DNA from: an uncultured delta proteobacterium
Lineage (GTDB): Bacteria; Desulfobacterota; Desulfobacteria; Desulfobacterales; JAHEIW01
Direction: 5' to 3'
DNA: 64,000 bases
Assembly: GCA_963706575.1 (NCBI GenBank)
Contig: CAVPNL010000008.1
Coordinates: 1 to 64,000 of the forward strand
Positions 11,334-21,625 of the stretch are shown piece by piece. The notes under the pieces were generated by a model. The model searched no databases, was not told the origin of the DNA, and was given only the letters and a program-made list of their open reading frames with translations. The position numbers were made by a program, and so were the translations under genes. Each line of letters opens with the position of its first letter. Positions within the stretch are counted from its first letter, which is position 1.

Positions 11334-11936
11334 TTGAACCTGCAATCGGATACCCAATCAAGAACTCGAGCGAAGCGCTCATCAAGTGAAACGCTCCTCA
11401 AGCGAAGCACTCCTGACGCTGATCGAAATGGATTCAGGATGGATCGTGCCAAGATTTATCCCGAGTTAATTGCCGATCTTTTGTTCAATGGCCACAAGGT
11501 GAAATTTCGAGCACCGGGCTACAGCATGTATCCGACCATATTGCATGGAGATGTGATCACGATTGAGCCGGTTGAGCCATCTACCGTTAAGGTTGGCGAC
11601 ATCGCTCTCTATCGAAACGAAAATAGCGTCATCGCACACCGAGTCATAAAAATCCTCAAGCGAAGCGAAAGAAATTCGCGCAGCGCTCCTCAAGGTCCGC
11701 AGGACCGCTCAGCCCCGCGAACTGAAGCGGGGCCTTCTACAAGTGAAACGCTCCAATTTATCCTGCGCGGAGATGCCAGGCCTGCCTGCGATGATCCGGT
11801 CGCAGCCGAACATATTTTGGGCAAAGTCGTTTTTATAGAAACCAATGGCCGTGGCATTAACCCTTATGGCTTCAAAGCCAAACTCACCTTTATTGTCCGC
11901 CGATGGGTATTGCGCCTGAAAAGATTTCAGAATTAA
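11334..11936 (+). CDS. S24/S26 family peptidase (SipW/archaeal-type Ser-His signal peptidase-like); likely start 11439
   Basis: GYSMYPTI (Ser), VGDIALY, IAHRV (His), LRGD. Contains an in-frame repeat insertion. Confidence 0.85.
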   Translation: MNLQSDTQSRTRAKRSSSETLLKRSTPDADRNGFRMDRAKIYPELIADLLFNGHKVKFRAPGYSMYPTILHGDVITIEPVEPSTVKVGDIALYRNENSVIAHRVIKILKRSERNSRSAPQGPQDRSAPRTEAGPSTSETLQFILRGDARPACDDPVAAEHILGKVVFIETNGRGINPYGFKAKLTFIVRRWVLRLKRFQN

Positions 11937-11989
11937 TCTCCGGATTCCCATCTTTAGTTTCCCGGCCGCCTGTTCCGCCCCCATCCTTT

Positions 11990-12138
11990 TTATAAGTGGT
12001 TTCAAAACCCCATCTAAGGCCCAATGGCTGCGTTGTCCCGCAAATTGAAATACTCACGTACTTACGTGTACGCTCCGTTTCCAATTTGCGGGACGCCTTG
12101 CCCTTGAACCTGATCTGAGGTTTTGAAACCACTTATAA
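11990..12138. mobile_element. MITE-like element, 149 bp, with 20-bp perfect terminal inverted repeats
   Basis: ttataagtggtttcaaaacc (11990-12009) / ggttttgaaaccacttataa (12119-12138); inner IR gtcccgcaaattg / caatttgcgggac; no coding capacity. Confidence 0.72.
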
Positions 12139-12418
12139 TAGAACAGCAGGAGACGTCTTTAATGGCTAATGGGAATTTAACCTTGCCGGTGTCAGGGTAT
12201 CCGGGTCAGGTATTAAATAATTTAATACTCATAAAAAAATTAATATCCCTGAGCACCCTGTTGGCAGTCGCAACGGTCGCCGCTGATTAACGAAAAGCGG
12301 CATTCCTATAATGCTAAAATATTTTAACTATCTAAAATTATAGAGTTTATCACTGAAAATAGATTGATTTATTTTTAAGGGGCAGTTCACATTTGAATCT
12401 TTGGGCCACAAAATAGCC

Positions 12419-12434
12419 TGGCATAAAACTTGCT
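12419..12434 (+). promoter_or_regulatory. Sigma-54 (-24/-12) promoter of the minor pilin operon
   Basis: TGGCAT-AAAAC-TTGCT with canonical GG/GC spacing, just upstream of the RBS (ggag 12455) and fimT. Confidence 0.8.
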
Positions 12435-12467
12435 CCCTTCTGGAAAGCAGTAATGGAGATGAAAGTC

Positions 12468-12936
12468 ATGCATAAAAATTCGGGATTCACATTCATGGAA
12501 CTGATGACAACCATAGCAATCATTGCGGTGCTTGCTGCGATTGCCATTCCCAATATGATCGGCTGGCGCAGCGGAACAAAGCTGCAGGGTGCTGTGGAAA
12601 ACCTGCAGGGGCGATCTGCAGTGGGCAAAATTGAAGGCGGTGCAAGAAAATGAGTTCGTTACGGTATTGTTTTTACCCGGCGGCACCAGCTACGAGGTAT
12701 TTATGGATAGTACCATTAACGGGGTTCGTGATGCAGGCGAACGTCATTACAGACGACGGGATCTGTCGGCCGGCGTTTCGATAGATCTTGGCGGCACCGA
12801 CTTCAACGGCAATGACTATGTAACCTTTAATAATAGAGGATTCCCCGAGAACGCTGGAATGGTCGCGGTCGACAGTTCCGGCGGTGCCGGGCGAAATATT
12901 AATGTAAACCGAGTGGGACGTATCGTCATTAATTAG
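12468..12936 (+). CDS. fimT: FimT/GspH-family type IV minor pilin (frameshift ~12610)
   Basis: Prepilin G|FTFMELM followed by a hydrophobic helix; LQWAKLKAV; C-terminal TFNNRG...INVNRVGRI. Confidence 0.85.
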
Positions 12937-12963
12937 TACCCATAAAAAGAATAGAGTTTATCC

Positions 12964-13360
12964 ATGAAAAAAGATCACACGAACACCGCGTTATCGAACA
13001 ACAACAGGGGCTTTAGCTTGATCGAAGTGATGATCGCCATGGCCATATTTTCGATGGGCATTCTGGCTGTCGGCAGCATGCAGCTGTCAACTACCAAAAA
13101 CAATACCACGGGTAACATTATGACCGGAGCCACCATGCTGGCCAGACAGAAGATCGAGGAGCTAAAAAACCTGGACCGATTCGACTTTAGATACAGCAGA
13201 TGGTAATGACACGGTAGGTCTCTATAGCCGGGATTGGGTGACCGACCCGGTTCCGGGCAGCAGTATCGCTTACAAACTAATCGTCACCGTGAGCTGGACC
13301 CGGCGGGGCCCGGAACGCAGTGTGGTTCTCCAATCAATTACCAGAGGAAACGGAACATGA
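12964..13360 (+). CDS. pilV: PilV-like minor pilin (frameshifted)
   Basis: G|FSLIEVMIAMAIFSMGILAV; ARQKIEELK; reconstructed end ..ITRGNGT* overlaps the next ATG. Confidence 0.8.
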
Positions 13361-14045
13361 AGAACCGGATTTCAATGCCTTTAAAATCAATGCCAGGTTC
13401 AGATGCCGGCCGCATCCGGATAGGGGCTTTACGCTGATCGAGTTGCTGGTGACGCTGGCCATCTCATCTATCGTTATGGCGGCCATTTTCAGTGTTTATG
13501 CCACCTTGACACGATCCTACACCACCCAGAACGCTTTCGCTGATGTCCAGCAGGCCGTGCGCGCCTCCGTCGATATTATGGCAGAGGATATTATGATGGC
13601 CGGCCTGAGGGATCGCTGGAAAGGGTACAGCGGCAGCCCGCCGGCAATATTAACGGCCGGTCGCTGGGAAATGAGCTTTACGTCAGATAGAGACCTGGAC
13701 GGAGCGATTAATGGGAACTCTGAAAATATCGCCTACAGGTTAGTCGGCAGACAGCTCCAGATAACCGATTCCATAGGCACCGAAGTCCTTATCGACAATG
13801 TAATTAACAATTTTCTCCCCACCCCGGTACCCTTATTCAGATACTTTAGTGAAAGCGCTGATGATTTAAAGGATGATAAGGACTTAATTAGTCACTACGG
13901 ATATGCCGACCCGATGGATGCAGATGATGAAAGTGAACGGGAGGAAATCAGTACGGTGGAAATTTCCATAACCGTGGAGGAGCCTGCCGGTCGGGAGGGT
14001 ATGGTCCAGCGAACTTACACCACACGGGTCAGATGCCGCAACTAG
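13357..14045 (+). CDS. pilW: PilW-like minor pilin (frameshift before the prepilin site)
   Basis: RG|FTLIELLVTLAISSIV; DIMMAG; C-terminal TTRVRCRN. Confidence 0.82.
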
Positions 14046-14070
14046 GGTTTTTGACCAGGGAGCAAGATAG

Positions 14071-14651
14071 ATGCTTAAGAAAATAAAAATTTGGCCCAAA
14101 GCAACATCCATTTTAAATAACGAGGGGGGCGCGGTTATTATCGCCGCTTTAATGGTGCTGGTGTTGCTCACCATTATCGGCATCGCCTCAACCAACGTCA
14201 GCAACACGGAAGTGAAGATTGCCACCCATGAGCTGATTCACCAGCAGAACTTCTATCAGGCCGAAGGGGCCACCCTGATAGCCCTTGAAGAGATGGAGAA
14301 ATTGCTCAATCCAAAAGGAGATGACCCCTCCTGGATGTGGCAAAAAACAGATTATGATTCGACTTACACGGGGTTCTTGACGCGAGATGGCTTTCAATCC
14401 TGACCTTTGGGCTGGAAACTCAACAATTGAGCACGAAGGAGAGACGGTTACGGTAGACTCAAGCCCCGAGCCGGTTGCCGGAGAACTCTTGTCAGATAGC
14501 AGTTATTTCGTGGTTTACAAGGGAATTGTACCCAATGAGCCTTTGGAAATCGGCGTTACCAAAAGATATCGCTACGACATTTATGGTCGCTGTGCAGCCT
14601 CGCAATAGAGGCGCCATCACCGTCGAAATCGGATACATAAAAGCATTTTAA
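14071..14651 (+). CDS. pilX: PilX-like minor pilin (frameshifted)
   Basis: LNNEGG|AVIIAALMVLVLLTIIGI (no Glu5, as in PilX); NFYQAEG; ends VEIGYIKAF*. Confidence 0.8.
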
Positions 14652-14665
14652 AAAGGAGCTTTCCT

Positions 14666-17600
14666 ATGAATATAATCCACTGCATTCCAAAAACAGCCGG
14701 TCGTTCGAAAGGATTTTCCTTATCCGCGGGCAGCGGTTTTCTGCTGCGAACGTTTCCGGCTTTTATGGTTTTAGTCGTCTGTTTTGTCCTGGCCAGCGGC
14801 TGGGGCATCGGGGTGGATAACGCTTATGCCGACACTGTCGAAGTCTGGGTTTCCGCAGAGCGCAGATGATGCCGAAGAGTCCGCTCAGTGGTTCAGTCGG
14901 CCTCACCAGTTCCGATCTGGAGCTGGTCCGGACATCAAGTGACCAACAGATCGGCATGCGCTTTCAAAATATCAGCATCGAGCAGGGCGCCATCATCAAC
15001 AGCGCTTACATCGAGTTTGCCTGCGATGAAAACGGCACAACCGAAGCCACCAACCTGACCTTTTACGGTCAGGCCCACAATAATGCCCTCGACATTCAGC
15101 GGTTCCAACAACAATATCAGCCACCGGGTAAAAACCAACGCGTCCGTTGCCTGGAATATTAGTGAGCCAGTGGGCCACCACCCATGGAAAATACCACCAA
15201 CACCGGACCTTGCGCCGCTTATTCAGGAAATCGTGGATCGATCCGGCTGGGAGAGCGGCAATTCCCTGGTCATCATCGTTACGGGTACGGGCAAAAGAGT
15301 GGCGGAATCCTATAACGGGGGAGGAGCCGACTATGCCCCCAGGCTTTTCATCGATTACACCGGTGGCAGACGACAAAGTCGACACCTGCCGGATCTATTA
15401 CCGCGACAACAAACAGGCCCAGGCGGACAGCACCAACAGCCTGTCGGTGGATATGCCCCTCGGAACGACGGAGGGCGATTTGATGATCGCCACCGTGGCC
15501 TTCGGCAACGGTGACGCCACCCTCAGCGCCCCGGGCGACTGGACACCGATCCAGCCGTTATCGCCCGGAGTCGAATCGTTGCGCACCAGTGCCTGGTATA
15601 AGGTAGCCGGACCGAGCGAGTCCGGGCACCTATGATGTTCAGCGCCAGCGGTTCTGCCGATGAGATGCTCGTTGATATCGCCACCTTTTACAGCTCGGCC
15701 GGTGCCGCTGTACTCGGCTGGGACCTGGAAGACTCGTCCTACAATTACCTGGGTTCTGAAGAAACGGTCATTAATTCGGACAAGGTTAAATGCGTCGACA
15801 GTGGCCTGCTTTATTTTGCCGGCTCCTACAAGGACGCTTCAGACGTCGTCAGCCGGCCCAGCGGCATGACGGTTCTCTCCGAGCAGAAGAAAACCTCGGG
15901 GGCTCAGCTCCTTTCGCTGGCAGCCTACTACCAGAAGCGCGACGCCGGTAACAACATCTCCAAGACCATCGAGTGGACTTCACCATCGGCATTTTTAACC
16001 GCCCTTGCCGCGGTATTCAGCTGCCAAAGCTCGGCCGAGTGGATTATCGACGCCAGTGCGGGTACCAACGGCAGTATTTCACCGGTCGGTCACATCGGCC
16101 TGCCGGACGGCGGCAGCAAAACCTTTGCCATCATACCCGATGCCGGCTATGAGATATTCGATGTCGTGGTAGACGGTACCTCCAAGGGTGCGCTGACCTC
16201 TTACACCTTCAACAATGTCAAGGCCGATCATACCATCGCGGCCACTTTCAAGGCCACCGGTCTTTTTACCATTACGACCAGCCCCGGTTCCAACGGAAGC
16301 ATTTCGCCTGTGGGACCGGTGGGAGTGGCACCCGGCGCCAACCAGACATTTTCGATCATCCCGGATGCAGGTTATTTCGTGGACGAAGTCTACGTCGACG
16401 GCAAGAAAAAGGGCGAGCTGACCTCTTACACTTTTGAAAATGTCGACGACCATCATGCCATCTCGGCAATATTTAAAGTGGACACAGCGGCGCCGCCGGA
16501 TGATACCTGTGCCGATATTTCGGATGTTCCGCTGGATGCCACCTTTCAGTCCGCTCCGCCCAATATCCTCATCGCCCTGGATGACTCCGGCAGTATGAGC
16601 TTTGAGATTCTGGTGCCGGGAGCCAATGATGGAAAATATCTGGACTTTCATGATTATGCCTATGATAACCCCTGTGGGGATACGTTCGGCGGCACCCCCG
16701 GGTGCCACGAATATGACCGCGACAGTATCTTAAACGCGGGGATACCCGCCTGCACTGGAAAACCCAGTGGGCTGGATTTAATAAGGTATGGTATGATCCC
16801 ACAATTGATTATGATCCCTGGCCCCTGGTCGACGGCCGTATGGACAATGCCGACGCCAATTATCCGCGGTCACACCCCATGCATGCCTCGCCCACCTTTG
16901 ACCTGAGCAGCAGCTATGACGAGTTTTCCGTTGTGCAAGGCGAAGTCATTGTGGACAGCGTAGACATAGGCACGGATCTCTTCTCGATTACCGGGCCCTG
17001 GGAGTGGTTCAGCGACGCGCAAGCCTATAATGGCGGTTACTATAGCGCGATTCAAGAAAATCAGACCTACAGCGCCACATGGGCGCCGTACCTTTTAGCG
17101 GGAGACTATGAAGTCTATGTCTGGTATGTTGAGGCTGGTTGGCGCGACGATAAAGTGCAATATACGATCACCCATGCCGGGGGTACCGACATCAAAGAGG
17201 TCGATCAGCGCGACCATGGCGGCGAGTGGATTAAATTGGGCGACTATACCTTTAATACCGGCATAGCTAATGTATCCATTGTTGACCATGAGGTTAACGA
17301 TAACGATCATGATCGGGCTTGCGCCGACGCCGTAAAATTTGTGCCCAAGGGAGGCTACACCCTGGACATAGATATCCCGCGCGCGCATTATTATGTCAAA
17401 TCGCAAACAGCAAACAAGCCCTACCTGGTAATGGTGGACGGCGGATCCATCACCTATTTCTAGGTCGATGATGTCGATGCCGATGATATAGTTGACGCGG
17501 GTGAATTGCTGCCCGTCGTCAGTCCGCCCGCCGATGTGAAAACCGGGCGCAGCTATACCGAAGAGCGCCAGAATTTTGCCAACTGGTACAGCTACTACCG

Positions 17601-20386
17601 CAGGCGCTCATTGGCCGCCACCTATGCGACGGCCGAAGTTATTGTCAACATGCAGGCGGTGCGCATCGGGCTTTACGGCATCAATATCGGCAAGAAGCTG
17701 GACGATCACCCAACCGGTGCTCAATGTCAAAAACGACGGTCAGGATTATACCGAAACCCTGCTGAACCTCTTATACGACTTTAAGTTTCAGGGGGGCACC
17801 CCGTTGCGGCGAGCCCTGGAAGCCGGGGGTCGCTACTTTGACAAGCATGATAATAAAACGCTGGACGGCAGCAACGGCGATGATTCCCCCTGGGACACCG
17901 CCGACAAATGGCGGTGAATGCCAGCAGGCGTTTACCATCGTGATCACCGATGGATACTATAATGGCAAAGATCCCAAAATCGCAAGCATAACATAGACGG
18001 CGATAACGGGGTGCCGTATGCCGATGCCTACAGCAAAACCCTGGCCGACGTCGCCATGTATTACTACGAGCGGGATCTCAACACGGATCTGGCCGATAAC
18101 GTGCCGCAGAATCCATATGACGATGCATCCCACCAGCATATGGTGACTTACACCGTCGGGTTCGGTGTTGTTGGGGAGCAAGACCCCAATGACTTTGATG
18201 CCGATTTAAAGCACAAGACAACCGGCGATTACATCGTATGGCCGGACCCCGGCAAGGAAAAATCGGCACCCGTAAAAATCGACGATGTCTGGCATGCCGC
18301 GGTCAACGCCCGGGGCCAATTTCTGAATTCATCCAATCCCAAGGAACTGGTCACCGCGTTGAATACGGTCATGAAGGATATCGAGCGCCGCGTTTTTTCA
18401 TCCACCGGCGTGGCCGTTAATGGGGATCAACTGTATCAAAAGCTGGAGCCGGATCTGCTCATGTTTCAGGCCAGCTACAGCTCTGAAGGCTGGACCGGCG
18501 AGGTAAAAGCCTTCAACGTTAATGAATCAACCGGAGCGGTGGATACCCTGAATCCCGAATGGTCGGCGGCTCCATGTTGAATGCCAAAGGCGTGGGACAA
18601 CCGTCTTATCGCCACCCATAACGGGACCGGCGGCATACCCTTCCGGTTTGACAGCCTGACAGATGCCCAGAAGAGCCTGATCGATCCAAATTGGGGTACA
18701 GATTCTACAACTGCCCGTGAAATTATGGATTACCTGCATGGGGATACCGGCAATGAAGAGCGCAACGGCGGCACGCTTCGCAACCGCTTTTATGTGCTCG
18801 GGGATATCGTGCATTCCTCCCCGGTGTTCAAAAATAATATCATTTACACCGGCGCCAATGACGGCATGCTGCACGCCTTTGACATCGAGACCGGTGAGGA
18901 ACTTTTTGCCTATGTGCCCAACCTGGTGTTTGCAAACCTCAGCGACCTTGCCGATCCGCTATATGAGCATAAGTATTATGTGGATCTTACCCCGACCATA
19001 AGGGACATCCCCCTGACCTGGCTCGGTGCCAACACCACCATGCTTGTCGGTGGATTGGGCAAGGGCGGCCGCGGCTATTTTGCGCTGGATCTAACCGGCC
19101 TCTCGCCCACGCTCGGGACCATGCCCACCAGCGAAAGCGCGCTGGACGACCGGGTCATGTGGGAATATCCGGATGCGGCCACGCCCAGTGGCGAGGTGAA
19201 TGATCTGGGTTACTCTTTTAGCAGGGTTTCGGTGGTTAAGTCCAACGCTTCTGCACATAATGCGGTTGTTATTTTCGGCAATGGCTACAACAGCGCCAAC
19301 GGTAACGCCGTGCTGTTTATTCTCGATCCGGTTACCGGTGACCTGCTGAAACGGATCGATACCGGGGTCGGTACCTGCAACGGGCTTTCCACGCCGGTTG
19401 CGGTCGACATAGATGATGATGAAAGGGTGGATTATGTCTATGCCGGTGATCTTAAGGGCAATTTATGGAAATTTGACCTGAGCAACCCTGATCATACCCT
19501 GTGGGACGTGGCATACAAAGACGCGGGTACACCCAAGCCTTTGTTTCAAACGAACAACCAGCCTATCACCACCAAGCCGGCTGTGATGTATCATTGCGAA
19601 AAGAACGGTTACCTCGTGACCTTCGGCACCGGAAGGTATCTGGGGCTGCAGGACCTTGCCGATGTCAGCACCCAGGCGGTATACGGTATCTGGGATTACG
19701 GCGATGATGAGGATGACACTGAATATGTCGGCGCTTTCAACGGGAGCCTCATCACCGACACCTACCTGCCGGCCACAGTATCGCTGTTGCAGCAGATCGT
19801 TGTTGATGAGCGCACCGCATTTGGCGAGGTTTGGAGAACCCAGAGTGCGGGTCAGCCGGATTGGCAGTCAACCACTCTGGAAGGCGGCGCCTGCGGTGAT
19901 AATGCCGGTGAGAACGACTGTGATCCCAATGATATTCCGAGTGTGGAGCCGGGTCCGGATCCGGTCAGGAATGCCGGTTGGTATTTTAATCTGCCTGAAA
20001 GCGGTGAGCGGGTGGTCAGTGATGTGCGGGTCAGGGCAGGCCGGCTGACGGTGGTATCCTATGTTGCCTCGGCCAGCACATGCGGTCTGTCCGGCCACTC
20101 CTGGGTGGCGGTGCTGGATCCCTGCACCGGCGGAAGGCTGACGGAGGCCTATTTCGACCTTAACGAAGACGGCAAAGTCGACTTTCAGGATCTGATTGAT
20201 ATCGGAGCGCCGGATAAAGCGGCGCCTACCGCGTTTAAAATAGACGGCAAGGTGGAGATGCCCACGTATCTGATTGATGGAGACACGGAAATATTATATC
20301 TGCCTAATATTGATACAACCCTGAACGAGAAACGCGGAACAGCGCCCTCACAAGAAATGACCCACTGGCGTGTGCTGCGGAAATAG
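14666..20386 (+). CDS. pilY1: PilY1/PilC type IV pilus adhesin, ~1,900 aa, with long modular N-terminus (multiple frameshifts, one in-frame TAG at 17461)
   Basis: Signal peptide ending AYA|D; vWA-like PNILIALDDSGSM; NFANWYSYYRRR; GTPLRRAL; LGDIVHSSP; GANDGMLHAF; Ca-binding loop DIDDDERVDYVYAGDLKGNLWKFD; GWYFNL. Confidence 0.9.
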
Positions 20387-20465
20387 CGATGAATAATGGA
20401 TAATGCATAATGCATAAATCCTGAGACACGAGCATTGAACCCTTATAAAGGAGAATGAACTAACC

Positions 20466-20849
20466 ATGATCATGATATTCGATAAAATAATCCGACGAAG
20501 ACGGAGCGCCTTCTGGGTCTGTTTGGGTCTGGCAATGGTGTTTCTGTTGTCTGCCGTCCCGCGAAATTTCAGTTATGCGGAAGAAGGACTGTATATGCGC
20601 GAGGAGTGGAAAGTGCCGAAATTCTACCCGCGGGGGTTTGACGGATACGGCAAAATTGAAAGAATCGATCAGGACGGCGTTGTGATCGATGATACGGGTT
20701 GGAAATTTTCACGGCAAATACGATTTGCTACGCCCAGAGACCGTAATGCCGGAGTTTCCTCATTTAGCGCGGGAGACACCGTTGCGTATCTGCTAAATGA
20801 AAATCGGGAAGTTATTTCCCTGTGGTACATAGAATTTCATAAACGATGA
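20466..20849 (+). CDS. Small secreted protein, PilY2-like by position
   Basis: 127 aa with a signal-like N-terminus and GKIERID...VVIDD...GDTVAY; directly follows pilY1. Confidence 0.55.
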   Translation: MIMIFDKIIRRRRSAFWVCLGLAMVFLLSAVPRNFSYAEEGLYMREEWKVPKFYPRGFDGYGKIERIDQDGVVIDDTGWKFSRQIRFATPRDRNAGVSSFSAGDTVAYLLNENREVISLWYIEFHKR

Positions 20850-20919
20850 AAAAGAGGTAATCTGAAAACTTGTGTGTCGTGTCCCGGAAATAATTGACAA
20901 TAGTTTTGCACTTCCCCGC

Positions 20920-20952
20920 GTCATTGCGAGGAGTGAAACGACGAAGCAATCT
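20920..20952. repeat. GTCATTGCGAG...GAAGCAATC palindromic repeat element
   Basis: gtcattgcgaggagtgaaacgacgaagcaatct, a widespread small palindromic repeat type; single copy in this window. Confidence 0.55.
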
Positions 20953-21034
20953 GATCCACGGATCATCCCGAGTTAATCGAGGGATCCCGCTTAGCGGGAG
21001 ATTAGTCTGCTCTGTTTTTAAATCGGTTTGAAAG

Positions 21035-21116
21035 AAAAGGGAACATCCATAGGATGTTCCCTTTTTACTTTTACGCAATAGGGGGACATCCGAAACATTG
21101 GATGTCCCCTTTTTTT
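21035..21116 (+). terminator. Two related hairpins; the second is followed by a T-run (terminator candidate after the pilin operon)
   Basis: aaaagggaacatcc-ata-ggatgttccctttt and ggggacatcc-gaaacatt-ggatgtcccc-ttttttt. Confidence 0.55.
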
Positions 21117-21299
21117 GATTCTCCCTATTTTCCTGAACCCTGTTCATACCTTGGAATACTTATCCAGATAAATTCCTATTTCCTGCCACTGGGCCTATTA
21201 AACCTTTTTAAAGAACTATTAATTTTTTTAACAGTTTTGGCTCTAATCATATCCAAGAATAGTCTTAGTAAAGCAGCTGATTTTCTTCGATTTAATCCC

Positions 21300-21538
21300 T
21301 CATTTTTTCCTGCAAAATGCCGATAATTGTCTTAGGCACCTGATTTCATCTCAACGAAAGCATTTTAATTTTAAATCAACTGATTTTATTGGAAAAATTG
21401 AAGAAATATTTTGCCAAATTTTGTCATGTAAGGTGGGCAAATTTTGTCTTTACGGCAATGCAGTTCTAATTTGAATGACTTTTTGATATTAGATAGTTAC
21501 GATTCAGTTGGGTGAAAATTCGTGGCATATGTTTTGCA
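21300..21538 (+). promoter_or_regulatory. Promoter block of giant gene A: sigma-28-like box, activator site, sigma-54 promoter
   Basis: TCAT-N15-GCCGATAA (21300-21326); ggcaaattttgtc (21436-21448); TGGCAT-ATGTT-TTGCA (21523-21538). Confidence 0.78.
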
Positions 21539-21625
21539 CAAAATTGACAGCATTCTCAACCGGATATCTGCGTTCTGAAATGTTGGGATAATTACAACTG
21601 CTCGCATTTATGAAATAGAGGTGTT

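Noticed and set aside
12140..12410. Riboswitch (e.g. c-di-GMP) or structured leader before the pilin operon
   Set aside because: Only a weak imperfect inverted repeat; I see no GEMM-type motifs here or in the other long spacers.
20895..20910. Possible extra sigma-54 site TGACAA-TAGTT-TTGCA
   Set aside because: Lacks the invariant GG at -24 and has no adjacent gene.
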